Source: Alphaproteobacteria bacterium (lineage in GTDB: Bacteria; Pseudomonadota; Alphaproteobacteria; SP197). From it: a stretch of 64,000 bases of DNA. The notes beneath the pieces are model-generated. The model was not told the DNA's origin. It was given only the letters and a program-made list of their open reading frames with translations, and did not search any database. Below, one piece after another: positions 49,851-59,760 of this stretch. The translations under genes and the position numbers were made by a program. Position 1 is the stretch's first letter, and each line of letters opens with the position of its first letter. The stretch is from positions 896,001-960,000 of the forward strand of contig OZ219918.1 of the NCBI GenBank assembly GCA_964291415.2, given 5' to 3'.

Positions 49851-51057
49851 GGTTCGTTGACCTCCTCGATGGGTGACGCAGGGACGTGGCGCCAAGAAAG
49901 CGGCACAGGCGTGCGAGCGCGCTGGCGAGCGCCGCAGCCCGTCCCTTGCCCTCGACGATACCAGGCTCCCACCACAGGCCCTCGACCACCAGTTCACCGG
50001 TGGATCGATGAAGTTTCATCGAGGCGCGTCCGGTCAGGCGATCACCCTCGAGAATTGGCAACACGTAGTAGCCGTAGCGCCGCCGTGCCCTGGGAACGAA
50101 GGCTTCGAAGCGATAGTCGAAGCCGAACAGGCGCAGGGCTCGGCGCCGGTCGCGCAGCACCGGGTCGAATGGGCTCAGGAACCGCATTGTCGAAGGGGGA
50201 GAATCGAGTTGGACGAGAGTGTCCTCGATATGCGTCCATGCAAGAGAACTCCTTGGAGCGCCGTTGCCGTATCCCTCAACCTCGATCGTCATCAGACGAT
50301 GGCGGTTGGCGGCGGCCCACCGCCTGGCATCGTCCGGGGACACGGCATCCCAGAAGGCCGCGATCTCGCCTGGCGTCGCGGTGCCCAGGCGATCCAGCGC
50401 CGATGAACAGGCCCACTCGAGATGTTCCCCGGGCGACACCTCCCGGTTGAGGACATCTCCGGGTATCACCCGTTCGGTGAGGTCGTACACCTTCTGGAAG
50501 TTCTCGCGCCGCACCACCTGGATGGTTCCCTTCCACCACAGGTATTCAAGGGCCGCCTTGGCCGGCTTCCAGCCCCACCAGGGTTCATTCTGTCCACCCG
50601 TCTCGTCGGTGAGTTCCCGTGACATCGTCGGTCCGTGCGTGGTGATCCGGTCGAGCACCCGTGCAATGACATGGGCGGGATCGTCACCGATGCGTTCGCG
50701 GAACCAGGCGCTGTTCTCGAGACTCGCCGTCATGCGGGCAAACCGCGGCTTCCAGTGTGCATACCATGCAAGGGGAATGGCGCTGGCATCGTGGGTCCAG
50801 TGCTCGAAGAGACTGCGTTCGCCTTCCAGAAGCGCCGCCAGATCCTCCCTGCGATAGGTCCGGTTGCGCGAATGGAGCGTGAGGTGGTGGGCCCGTTCAA
50901 CGGTGGAGATGCTGTCGAGCTGCACGAATCCCATGCGCTGGATCAGTGACAACAGTCCCGATCGGCCAAGGCGCCGACCGGGCGGCTCGCCAAGTCCCTG
51001 GAGTTGCAGAAGCAGACGACGCGCGGTCCGGGCATCGAGTGTGAGGCGCGCAGGCAT
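49843..51057 (-). CDS. YcaQ/AlkZ-family crosslink-repair DNA glycosylase
   Basis: VQLDSI (QxD), FEHWTHDAS, LSPFDP, RRYGYYVLPIL. Confidence 0.88.
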   Translation of the reverse strand: MPARLTLDARTARRLLLQLQGLGEPPGRRLGRSGLLSLIQRMGFVQLDSISTVERAHHLTLHSRNRTYRREDLAALLEGERSLFEHWTHDASAIPLAWYAHWKPRFARMTASLENSAWFRERIGDDPAHVIARVLDRITTHGPTMSRELTDETGGQNEPWWGWKPAKAALEYLWWKGTIQVVRRENFQKVYDLTERVIPGDVLNREVSPGEHLEWACSSALDRLGTATPGEIAAFWDAVSPDDARRWAAANRHRLMTIEVEGYGNGAPRSSLAWTHIEDTLVQLDSPPSTMRFLSPFDPVLRDRRRALRLFGFDYRFEAFVPRARRRYGYYVLPILEGDRLTGRASMKLHRSTGELVVEGLWWEPGIVEGKGRAAALASALARLCRFLGATSLRHPSRRSTNHA

Positions 51058-51129
51058 GTCCGCATCATAGCGTCACGCGCCGTCACGGCATGTCTTGATT
51101 TTGCGATCCACCCGGATAGGTTCGCGGCC

Positions 51130-51996
51130 ATGTCCAGTCCCCAGCCCGGCATCCTCGACGGTGTCCCGTCCCATGCCCGATTTCTGGAGTTCCACCGGCG
51201 TCCCGGTGACGTGCCGGCGGCCGTGGTGCTGCGTGATCTCGCGAGCATCAGCGTGGATCTCGGCGCGGTCATCGGTCTTGGCCCGGGTCTGCTCGCGGGC
51301 CTGGGCGCCTCCATCCGCGGACACATGGCCTTTCCGGCCCTCTCCGGTCCGGGTTGCGAGGTGCCGTCGACGCAGGCGGACCTGTGGGCGTGGGTGAGGG
51401 GCGAGGATCCTGGCGAGGTGCTCCTGAACGCCCGTGCCATCGAACGCGAGGTGGCCGATGCATTCGGCATCGAGCGCATGATCGACGGGTTCCGCTATCG
51501 CGATGGCCGTGATCTCACCGGCTACGAGGATGGCACCGAGAACCCCACAGGAGATGCCGCCGTTGCCGCTGCCTGCAATGCCGGAGGCGAGAGCTTCGTC
51601 GCGGTGCAGCAGTGGATGCACGATCTCGATCTCTTCGCCTCCCATCCGCCTGGCGTTCGGGATCGCATCATCGGTCGGCGCCTCGAAGACAACGAGGAGC
51701 TTGCCGACGCTCCCTCCACCGCCCATGTTTCCCGCACGGCGCAGGAGAGTTTCGAACCCGAGGCGTTCCTGTTGCGCCGTTCGATGCCTTGGGCCGACTT
51801 CTCGGGAGAGGGGCTGATGTTCGTGTCCTTTACCGCAACCGTCGATCCGTTCGTTGCCCAGATGCGGCGCATGGCGGGTCTCGATGACGGCATCGTCGAT
51901 GCTCTCTTCGGCTTCACGCGTCCGGTGACCGGGAGCCTGTTCTGGTGCCCGCCCGTGCGTGACGGCTGTCTCGACCTGCCGGAGTTTCGCCCATGA
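51130..51996 (+). CDS. Dyp-type peroxidase
   Basis: GYEDGTENP (GxxDG), IIGRR, TAHV, LLRRSMPW. Confidence 0.92.
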   Translation: MSSPQPGILDGVPSHARFLEFHRRPGDVPAAVVLRDLASISVDLGAVIGLGPGLLAGLGASIRGHMAFPALSGPGCEVPSTQADLWAWVRGEDPGEVLLNARAIEREVADAFGIERMIDGFRYRDGRDLTGYEDGTENPTGDAAVAAACNAGGESFVAVQQWMHDLDLFASHPPGVRDRIIGRRLEDNEELADAPSTAHVSRTAQESFEPEAFLLRRSMPWADFSGEGLMFVSFTATVDPFVAQMRRMAGLDDGIVDALFGFTRPVTGSLFWCPPVRDGCLDLPEFRP

Positions 51997-52871
51997 ACGG
52001 CACTGTTCTCGGCGTCCTCGGCGGGAGTGGCGTCTACGACATCGACGGTCTCGAGAATGCCGAGTGGGTGACGGTCGACACACCCTGGGGAGCGCCTTCG
52101 GACCAGTTGCTGCGCGGCAGGCTGGACGGTCTCGAAGTGGTGTTCCTGCCGCGTCACGGCCGCGGCCATCATGTTTCACCCACCGGCATCAACGCGCGCG
52201 CCAACATCGATGCCCTGAAACGCTCAGGCGTCACCGACCTCGTCTCCGTGGCGGCGGTCGGATCACTCCGGGAAGACCTCCCGCCTGGCACTTTCGTGGT
52301 GTGCGACCAGTATGTCGACCGGACGGTGAACCGAACGAGAAGTTTCTTTGGCGAGGGGTGTGTGGCCCATGTCTCGCTGGCCCACCCGACCTGTGATCGC
52401 CTGGCGCACCACGTGACGAAGGCCGGCCAGACGGCCGGCATCTCCATGGTCCGGGGCGGCACCTACATCTGCATCGAGGGACCCCAGTTCTCGACGCTGG
52501 CCGAATCGCATCTCTTCAGGTCGTGGAACATGGACGTCATCGGCATGACGGCCATGCCGGAGGCGCGCCTCGCGCGGGAGGCGGAGCTTTGCTATCTCAC
52601 AGTCGGCATGGTGACGGACTACGACTGCTGGCACGAAGACCATGATGCCGTCACCGTGGAGCAGGTCATCGGCGTGCTGTTGGCCAACGCCGGAAATGCA
52701 AGGCGCCTTGTCGGGAATCTCGTGCCTCTGGTGGCCGGCATCGATCACCCGTGCCCCCACCGCTGTGACCGGGCTCTCGACCATGCCATCATCACCAGGC
52801 CGGAAGCCCGCGACAGGGACGTCGTCGCCAGGCTCGACGCGGTGGCCGGACGTGTCCTGGGGAGCGGCTGA
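51993..52871 (+). CDS. mtnP: S-methyl-5'-thioadenosine phosphorylase
   Basis: GGSG, LPRHG, EGPQFST, IGMT, VTDYDCW. Confidence 0.93.
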   Translation: MNGTVLGVLGGSGVYDIDGLENAEWVTVDTPWGAPSDQLLRGRLDGLEVVFLPRHGRGHHVSPTGINARANIDALKRSGVTDLVSVAAVGSLREDLPPGTFVVCDQYVDRTVNRTRSFFGEGCVAHVSLAHPTCDRLAHHVTKAGQTAGISMVRGGTYICIEGPQFSTLAESHLFRSWNMDVIGMTAMPEARLAREAELCYLTVGMVTDYDCWHEDHDAVTVEQVIGVLLANAGNARRLVGNLVPLVAGIDHPCPHRCDRALDHAIITRPEARDRDVVARLDAVAGRVLGSG

Positions 52872-53389
52872 TGGACCTTCGCCCTCTCATCCGCACCATC
52901 CCGGATTTTCCCCGCGAGGGGGTCATGTTCCGTGACATCACGACGCTGTTTGCCCATGGGGCAGGCTTCGCCCACGCGGTCGACGGCATGACGGTCCCCT
53001 TTGCCGATTCCGCGGTCGACGTGGTTGCTGCCATCGAGGCACGGGGGTTCATCCCGGGTGGCGCCGTCGCCCGCCAGCTGCAGGCGGCCTTCGTCGCCAT
53101 ACGCAAGAAAGGCAAACTGCCCCGCCGGGCCATCGGCGAGGACTACGAGCTCGAGTACGGCATCGACCGGATCGAGATTCACGACGACGCCGTCAGGGAA
53201 GGAGCGCGGGTCCTGGTGGTGGACGACCTGATCGCCACCGGAGGCACCGCGATGGCCGCCGTTCGCCTGCTGCGCCGCGCCAACGCCAACATCGTCGGCG
53301 CCAGTTTCGTGATCGATCTCCCGGCTCTCGGCGGCGCGGACCGCGTCCGCCAGCTCGGCGTTCCCTGCCACTCCCTCGTCAGCTTCTGA
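52871..53389 (+). CDS. apt: adenine phosphoribosyltransferase
   Basis: IPDFP, FRDITT, EARGF, YELEYG, VVDDLIATGGT. Confidence 0.95.
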   Translation: MDLRPLIRTIPDFPREGVMFRDITTLFAHGAGFAHAVDGMTVPFADSAVDVVAAIEARGFIPGGAVARQLQAAFVAIRKKGKLPRRAIGEDYELEYGIDRIEIHDDAVREGARVLVVDDLIATGGTAMAAVRLLRRANANIVGASFVIDLPALGGADRVRQLGVPCHSLVSF

Positions 53390-53680
53390 GCATCGCCAGT
53401 TGTCGTCTGGCGGAAAGAGGACGCGTCCTCCCATGGCCGCGAAGCGACCTTCGCTCAAACGGGGTTGTCGCCAGCATTGGTACGGACGCCGGCCGGAAAG
53501 TCCGGACGTTTCGAGGCAACCTGCATGGCATGGTCATTTGCCTCAGGGCTGATGTGCCTGACCAGGCAGGCGTTCACGCTGCCAGGCGGTCTTCGCGACC
53601 GGCGCCACGGCCCAAGGCTCTCCATCGCTGGACTCGGCGACACGTATGAACCCGAGGAACTGTGGTAGCCGATGTCCGGG

Positions 53681-55195
53681 TCAAACCATGTTCGGGAGCC
53701 TGTTCCGCTGGATCTTGCCGGAGGGGCCCTTGGGGAGCGTCTCGAGAACATGGATACGGTCGGGGGCGCGGAAGACGCCGACCCTGGAGCGGCAGTGTTC
53801 GATGAGCTGCTGCACGGTGACGTTGGAAGCCTTCGTGAGGCGCACCGCGGCTTCGACGCGCTGTCCGTAGTCGCTGCACGGCTGCGCGAAAGCGGCGGCC
53901 TCGACGACATCGGGATGGGCATAGAGGGCATCGTCGATCTCGCGGGGCGCAATGTTCTCGCCGCCCTTGATGATGAGTTCCTTCAACCGGCTCGTGACAT
54001 ACACGTAGCCGTCGCCGTCGACATGGCCGAGATCGCCCGTGCGCAGCCATCCGTCGGGCATGATCGTGTGTCCCGTCGCTTCCTCATCGTCCAGGTAGCC
54101 CTCCATGACATTGGGGCCGCGTACCGCGATCTCCCCCGCCTGCCCAGGTCCGAGGATGCGCCCGCCGCCATCGAGAATGGCGACCTCGTTGCCGAAGGCT
54201 ATGCCCGGAGAGCCGATCTTGCGAAGGGCGGGGGGCAGGGGATTGGCGAGTATCTGCGCGGCGGTTTCGGTCAGGCCCATCGTCTCGATGATTGCGATGC
54301 CGAAGCGGGCCTCGAAAGCCTGATGGACATCCGGCGGAAGCGCGGAGGAAGCCGAACGGCCGAATCTGAGCCGCCGCACCGCATCTGCGTGCGGTTCCGC
54401 GTCATGGTGGAGCAGGCGCGAGATGATCGTCGGCACGACGGAGAACCAGGTGGCTTCGTGCTCCAGGCAGTCGTCCCAGAAGCGCCGCACCGAAAACCGC
54501 GGGCAGACGATCACCGAACCGCCTGAGACGAGCGGCGCCATCAGGGTGACGCAGAGACCGTTGATGTGGAAATGAGGAAGAACGCAGAGCGCCCGATCCT
54601 GAGGGCCGAGGCGGTGCGCCGTGGCCGTGGTCCATCCTCCTGCAAGGAGGCTTCGATGACTGTGAAGCACACCCTTGGGCCGGCCTGTCGTTCCGGAGGT
54701 GTACATCAGCAGGGCCGGATCGCCTGCTGCGGGCGAGAAGCCCGGCTCCGACGATTCGGGCATCTCCTGCGAGCCCGCAAGACCATCGGCATCGATGACG
54801 GCGAGACCGTCCAGACCTGCTTCGTCGAAAGACGTGTGCTCGTCGGCGCCGACGATGGCGAATCGGGCGCCGCTGTGGCGCACCGCGAATCGCTGGGCCT
54901 CCGCGCCGGTCGCGAGGTTTATCGGTGTCGCCCGGAATCCTCCGAGGAAGAGGCCGAAAAGAACGAGAACGGCCGCGCGGCCGTTGTTGAGGAAGGTCGC
55001 GACACTCTCGCCCCTGACGGCGCCGGCGGCCTTCAGACGGCGGGCGACCCTTGCGGCGCCCGTCCGCAGATCAGAGTAGGAGAGTTCCGGCGACCCGTCG
55101 GTAAAGAGATGGCTGACCGCATGGGGGGTTTCGCAGGCTCGCCGTTCGATCCAGTGACCGACCGAGCCGGCTGGCGGACCGCCGTCTGCCGTCAT
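53681..55195 (-). CDS. acyl-CoA synthetase (sulfoacetate-CoA ligase SauT-like)
   Basis: YTSGTTGRPKG, MGLTET, TGD, IIKGGENI, PSGKIQR; coupled to a SauS-like gene. Confidence 0.82.
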   Translation of the reverse strand: MTADGGPPAGSVGHWIERRACETPHAVSHLFTDGSPELSYSDLRTGAARVARRLKAAGAVRGESVATFLNNGRAAVLVLFGLFLGGFRATPINLATGAEAQRFAVRHSGARFAIVGADEHTSFDEAGLDGLAVIDADGLAGSQEMPESSEPGFSPAAGDPALLMYTSGTTGRPKGVLHSHRSLLAGGWTTATAHRLGPQDRALCVLPHFHINGLCVTLMAPLVSGGSVIVCPRFSVRRFWDDCLEHEATWFSVVPTIISRLLHHDAEPHADAVRRLRFGRSASSALPPDVHQAFEARFGIAIIETMGLTETAAQILANPLPPALRKIGSPGIAFGNEVAILDGGGRILGPGQAGEIAVRGPNVMEGYLDDEEATGHTIMPDGWLRTGDLGHVDGDGYVYVTSRLKELIIKGGENIAPREIDDALYAHPDVVEAAAFAQPCSDYGQRVEAAVRLTKASNVTVQQLIEHCRSRVGVFRAPDRIHVLETLPKGPSGKIQRNRLPNMV

Positions 55196-56604
55196 CGACC
55201 GCATTCGGTCCAGTAGTCGGCGAGCACATCCTCGAGAACGGGCTCCCGGGCCGGGATTGTCCGCACCACGCGCGTGATGTTGAGAAAGTGCTTCCAGTGG
55301 AGGTTCTCGTCGATCGAGTTGCCGCCCCAGCTGCCGCACCCCATGGAGAGCGAGAATGGCACGCCGTTGTCGAAGGAGCCGCCGGTGGCGATGGCGTGGG
55401 CCTGGTTGACGATGATGCGGCAGGCGGGAAGCGTCAGTCCGAGGTCGACCGCGCGCTGGTCGAGGGCGGTATGAAGACCCACCGAGTGCCCTGCTCCGGC
55501 GTGCTGAAGGATGCGCGTGACGATCGCCTTGGCGTGTGCGAAGTCCCGGGCGCGGTAGAGCGCTGTCACCAGCGAGATCTTTTCACCCGCTATCGGGTGG
55601 TTCGGGCCCGCATGTTCGGTTTCCACCGCGAGAAAGCGCGTTCCGCAAGGGACCTTGCCATCGAGCTCGAGAATGTTGATCAGCACGTCGCAGTTCCGTG
55701 CGATGGCCAGCGGGTTGAGTTTGCCGCGGGGCCAAAGACGATCGACGACATGGCTCTCGTAGGAGGGATCGAGGATGGAGCATCCCTCGTGTACAAGCGC
55801 CGCGGCAAAGGAGTCGTAGACGGTATCGACCACGACCAGGGCGTTTTCCGAGGAGCAGGACGTCGCATTGTCAAAGGTCTTGGAGCGCGCGATCCTTGCC
55901 GCGGCGGCGCGAACGTCGGCGGTTTCGTCGACAATGACCGGGACATTGCCGGTGCCTACGCCAATGGCGGGTGTGCCCGAGGAGTAGGCGCGCCTCACGT
56001 TGTCCTGCGAACCGGTCACGACCACGAGATCCGCCCCCTCGAGAAGTCTCTGGGTTCTCGCCTTGTTACCGGGAGCGGGGATCATCTGGACGAGACCGGG
56101 ATCGACGCCGGCCTTCGAGAACTCATGGTGGATGTAGTCCAGCAGCTTCCCGCACGCTTCGGTTCCCTTTGGCGATGGCGACAGCACGATGGCGTTGCCG
56201 CACTTGAGGGCATTGATGATGTTGTTGGCCGGCGTTGCGACCGGGTTGGTCGATGGGACGACGGCGCCGATCACGCCGATCGGCCGTGCGATCTCGGTGA
56301 TTCCTCTCTCGCGATCTTCGGCAATGACCCCGCATGTCGCGACAGGCGCGATATCGCGCAGCAGACCGAGTGTCTTGCGATGATTCTTGGCGACCTTGTC
56401 CTCGACATTGCCGAGTCCGGTCGTCCGGACCGCAAGTTCCGACAATGTCCGGTTGCGGTCCGGTTCCAGCAACGCCCAGGCGACCGCCTGGGCGGCCCTG
56501 TCGTAGCGCGCCTGGGTTGCGCCCGTTTCGTAGCGCGCCTGAGCCGCCCGGGCCCGGGTCAGGAGATCGTCGACAACAGCGATATCATTCTTGAGAGCCA
56601 TCAT
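55192..56604 (-). CDS. CoA-acylating aldehyde dehydrogenase (sulfoacetaldehyde dehydrogenase SauS-like)
   Basis: KNHRKTLGLLRD, PSTNP, SKTFDNATSCSSEN, PFSLSMGCGSWG. Confidence 0.85.
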   Translation of the reverse strand: MMALKNDIAVVDDLLTRARAAQARYETGATQARYDRAAQAVAWALLEPDRNRTLSELAVRTTGLGNVEDKVAKNHRKTLGLLRDIAPVATCGVIAEDRERGITEIARPIGVIGAVVPSTNPVATPANNIINALKCGNAIVLSPSPKGTEACGKLLDYIHHEFSKAGVDPGLVQMIPAPGNKARTQRLLEGADLVVVTGSQDNVRRAYSSGTPAIGVGTGNVPVIVDETADVRAAAARIARSKTFDNATSCSSENALVVVDTVYDSFAAALVHEGCSILDPSYESHVVDRLWPRGKLNPLAIARNCDVLINILELDGKVPCGTRFLAVETEHAGPNHPIAGEKISLVTALYRARDFAHAKAIVTRILQHAGAGHSVGLHTALDQRAVDLGLTLPACRIIVNQAHAIATGGSFDNGVPFSLSMGCGSWGGNSIDENLHWKHFLNITRVVRTIPAREPVLEDVLADYWTECGR

Positions 56605-56633
56605 CTGTCCTCGCCAGCATGACCGTCCGGGAG

Positions 56634-56663
56634 GGACCGGGGCAGGGGAGGGCGCCCCGGTCC
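56634..56663. terminator. GC-rich hairpin between tctC and the sauS-like gene
   Basis: GGACCGGGGC-N10-GCCCCGGTCC. Confidence 0.5.
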
Positions 56664-56674
56664 GACCCGAGGGT

Positions 56675-57637
56675 TCAGAGATCCTTGAGAAGTTCGCGAA
56701 GATACACGTCGCGCTCCTCCCACATGGCGAGGACTTCCTCGCGGTTCATGACGTGAACCGGGGATCCTCCCGCGGCCATCTTGCCGAGAACGCGGGAGTT
56801 CATGAACATCTCCGGCACGATGCTCGCGAGTTTCTCGACAATGGCGTCGGATGTCCCCTTGGGAACCATGATGCCGCGGAAGTTGACGGAACTGTCGTCG
56901 ACGTCGAGGCCCTCCTCCATCATGGTCGGCACGTCGGGGAGGAACTCCTCGTTCCTCTGGATATCCGCTACCGCGAGGATCTTGATGTTGCCGGCTTCGC
57001 GGGCGCGGAAGGCGTCCGAGAGATTGTTGATGCCGGCCATCACGTCACCCGCGATCACTGCCTTCATGGCTGCGGCGCCCCCGCCCTTGGTGGGAACGTA
57101 CTGCATGGTGACGCCGGCGGCCTTCTCGATCTGCAACGCGGCGATATGGTGTCCGACGAAGAGGCCAGCGCCCGAGAAGGTGAGCTTGCCCGGGTTCTCC
57201 CCCGCCCAGCCAATGACATCCGCCATGGAATTGAAGGGGCTGTCCTTGCCGACAATGAAGACAGCCGGGTCGGCGCCCCAGTTGGCGATGGGCTCGAAAC
57301 TGTCCTTCGAGTATTCGACCCCGCCCTTGATGCTCTGTGCGATGAAGTGCGGAACGTTGTAGGCGGCGAGCGTGTATCCATCGGCCTCCGCCTCGGTGGC
57401 AAACCAGTTCCAGCCGACGCGGCCGCCGGCGCCGGGCTTGTTGATGATCGCGATCGGCACGCCCAGGGCGTCTTCGTTTCCGGCGGTCATGGTGACGATG
57501 CGCGCCTGGAAGTCCGTGGCTCCACCGGCGCCGTAGGACACCATGAGCATGATCGGCCGGTCGGGATATTCATCCGCCTCGACCGTTCCGGCGACTGCGG
57601 CCAGTACCAGTGCGAGACCTGCAAGGACGTGTTTCAT
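56675..57637 (-). CDS. tripartite tricarboxylate transporter substrate-binding protein (TctC/Bug)
   Basis: Signal peptide, YPDRPI...GAGGATD, NKPGAGG, DGYTL. Confidence 0.9.
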   Translation of the reverse strand: MKHVLAGLALVLAAVAGTVEADEYPDRPIMLMVSYGAGGATDFQARIVTMTAGNEDALGVPIAIINKPGAGGRVGWNWFATEAEADGYTLAAYNVPHFIAQSIKGGVEYSKDSFEPIANWGADPAVFIVGKDSPFNSMADVIGWAGENPGKLTFSGAGLFVGHHIAALQIEKAAGVTMQYVPTKGGGAAAMKAVIAGDVMAGINNLSDAFRAREAGNIKILAVADIQRNEEFLPDVPTMMEEGLDVDDSSVNFRGIMVPKGTSDAIVEKLASIVPEMFMNSRVLGKMAAGGSPVHVMNREEVLAMWEERDVYLRELLKDL

Positions 57638-57674
57638 GGAAGTTCTCCTTTTGTGTGGACAGGCTCGTGCCTGC

Positions 57675-58130
57675 CTAGATGAACAGTCCTCGTGGTGTGA
57701 ACACCTTGAGAACAATGGAAAAAAGAAAGTACATCACGGCAAGATACCCGGCCGTGACGGCAAGTCGCTTCAGCCATGTCCGGACCTGGTCGTGGGGTGC
57801 CGGATCGAAAAGCGAGAGAATGACGACGAATGCGATCGCCGACGAGGTGTAGAAACCAAGCCATTTTGCCGCGAAGAAGACGTAGACACCGGCCACAACG
57901 ACACCCGGCAGGATGTTCCACACCAGTTCCCGGGTGATACCGCCTTCGGCAGCCTGCGGGTCAAGGAGCGCCCGCGCGAATGTCCAGCCGGCCAGGGCTA
58001 CGAAAGCCACGGAGATCAGTCTGGGAAACAGAAAGGCCTCGGCGGGGGTCTGGCTGAAGCTGATCCAGCATACCCAGATTGAAACGAGCAGAATGATGCC
58101 GGAGGCCAGGCGCGGCTGCAGGGCGGTCAT
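57675..58130 (-). CDS. tripartite tricarboxylate transporter small subunit (TctB)
   Basis: Four TM segments, LFPRL, LGFY, C-terminal TPRG; lies between tctA and tctC. Confidence 0.82.
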   Translation of the reverse strand: MTALQPRLASGIILLVSIWVCWISFSQTPAEAFLFPRLISVAFVALAGWTFARALLDPQAAEGGITRELVWNILPGVVVAGVYVFFAAKWLGFYTSSAIAFVVILSLFDPAPHDQVRTWLKRLAVTAGYLAVMYFLFSIVLKVFTPRGLFI

Positions 58131-59638
58131 GGTGCGCCTCCTCCCGCAACTCCGGTGCGTCGCGCGCGAAGCTCCGCGTGGAGCGAGTAGCCGACCGATG
58201 CAACGACGATCGCGACGAGAAGAAGGTTGAGCGTTCCCCCGAAGAAGTAGGCGAACGGCCCCACCGTCGCTTCGGCGATCAGCGATCCCTGGATGAAATT
58301 GGATTCGGCGATGGGCCCCAGGATGAGGCCGAGGACCAGCGGCGCGGCGGAGAAACCGAACCGTTCCAGGAAGTACATCATGATGCCGAGGGCCGCCATG
58401 ACATAGACGTCGCCCATGGAATGCTGGACCGAGTAGGATCCGAACACCGCAAGGCCCAGGACAATCGGCGCCATGATCGACTTCGGGACCAGCGCCACGC
58501 GGGCCGCAAGCGAGGCGACGTAGAGGCCGAACACGCACATCAGAATCTGGCCGATCAGCATCGAGTTGATGAACGGCCAGGCGACATGGGGATGATTGTC
58601 GAAGAGATCGGTGCCGGGAAAGATGCCGTGGATCAGCAGCCCGCCGAGCAGCACGGCGGCGGTCGGGCTGCCGGGAATGGAGAGGGTCAGGAGCGGGACG
58701 AGAGAGGGACCGACCATCGCGTTGTTGGCGGATTCGGCGGCAATGATGCCCTCCGGATGGCCGGTTCCGAACTTGTCGCGTTCAGGAGACACCTTGCGTG
58801 CCTGATCATAGGCGACCAATCCGGCGATCTGTCCGCCGATACCGGGAATCAGCCCTATGACGGAACCCGAAACGGTGCCGATCACCACGGCGCGCAATCT
58901 CGACAGGAGCTCCCGGACTGCCCGGGAGAGCGGGTGCCTCTCGACCGAGATGGCCTCGATCGATGACGACCGCCGGCCATCTGCGAACATGGCGATGACC
59001 TGCGGAATGGCGAACAATCCGATGAGGGCCGGAACGATACTGATGCCGCCGCTCAGGGAGGAATGGAAGACAAAGCGCTGCACACCGAGAATGTCATCGA
59101 ACCCCACTGTCGCCAGCCACAGCCCGATGCATCCCGACAGCAGGCCCTTGACGACGCTGGATGTGCCGAGAGACCCGATGATCGTGACGCCGAGTATGGC
59201 GAGCCAGAACAGTTGCGAGGGTCCGAAAGCAAGCGCCCATTCGGCCAGAACGGGTGTCAGGAAGATCAGAAGCGCGACTCCGATGAGGCCTCCGACAAGC
59301 GAGGCAAGGAAAGCAAGCTGGAGGGCCCTGGCGCCCTGGCCCCTGCGTGCCATTTCGTGTCCGTCGAGGGTCGTGGCGATATTGGCCGGCGCTCCCGGTA
59401 TCTTCAGCAGGATGGCGCTGACCGCGCCGCCGGCGACCGTGGAGGTGTAGGCCGCGCCCAGCAGGATCAACCCGTGCACGGCTTCGAGCTGAAACGTGAA
59501 GGGAATCAGCAGGGCAACGGCCATCGTCGGGGAGAGCCCCGGCGTGGCGCCGAGGATCAGGCCACCGATCGTTCCGCCGATGAGCAAAAGCATGGCCGGG
59601 ACCGTAAACACGTCCCCGAAGTAGGTCAGGAACTCCAT
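58127..59638 (-). CDS. tripartite tricarboxylate transporter large subunit (TctA)
   Basis: GATPGLS, AILLKIPG, AAESANNA, LSIPGS, LGLILGP. Confidence 0.92.
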   Translation of the reverse strand: MEFLTYFGDVFTVPAMLLLIGGTIGGLILGATPGLSPTMAVALLIPFTFQLEAVHGLILLGAAYTSTVAGGAVSAILLKIPGAPANIATTLDGHEMARRGQGARALQLAFLASLVGGLIGVALLIFLTPVLAEWALAFGPSQLFWLAILGVTIIGSLGTSSVVKGLLSGCIGLWLATVGFDDILGVQRFVFHSSLSGGISIVPALIGLFAIPQVIAMFADGRRSSSIEAISVERHPLSRAVRELLSRLRAVVIGTVSGSVIGLIPGIGGQIAGLVAYDQARKVSPERDKFGTGHPEGIIAAESANNAMVGPSLVPLLTLSIPGSPTAAVLLGGLLIHGIFPGTDLFDNHPHVAWPFINSMLIGQILMCVFGLYVASLAARVALVPKSIMAPIVLGLAVFGSYSVQHSMGDVYVMAALGIMMYFLERFGFSAAPLVLGLILGPIAESNFIQGSLIAEATVGPFAYFFGGTLNLLLVAIVVASVGYSLHAELRARRTGVAGGGAP

Positions 59639-59701
59639 TCCGCCTCTTGCTGCTTCCTCCGACAGCACGAACTTTCTGCCCGCAATCTGGAATGGTAGGG
59701 G

Positions 59702-59729
59702 ATGAAAACAACGATGCAAACGTTTTCAT
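59702..59729. promoter_or_regulatory. LacI-type operator in the divergent tctA/regulator interval
   Basis: ATGCAAAC-GTTTTCAT (59714-59729; CG-centred palindrome, one mismatch) plus a half-site ATGAAAAC at 59702. Confidence 0.7.
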
Positions 59730-59760
59730 TGGGGGAATTTGGTCTAGACTTGGTGGCGCG

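Noticed and set aside
51130-51996. Encapsulin cargo DyP
   Set aside because: No C-terminal targeting peptide and no encapsulin gene nearby.
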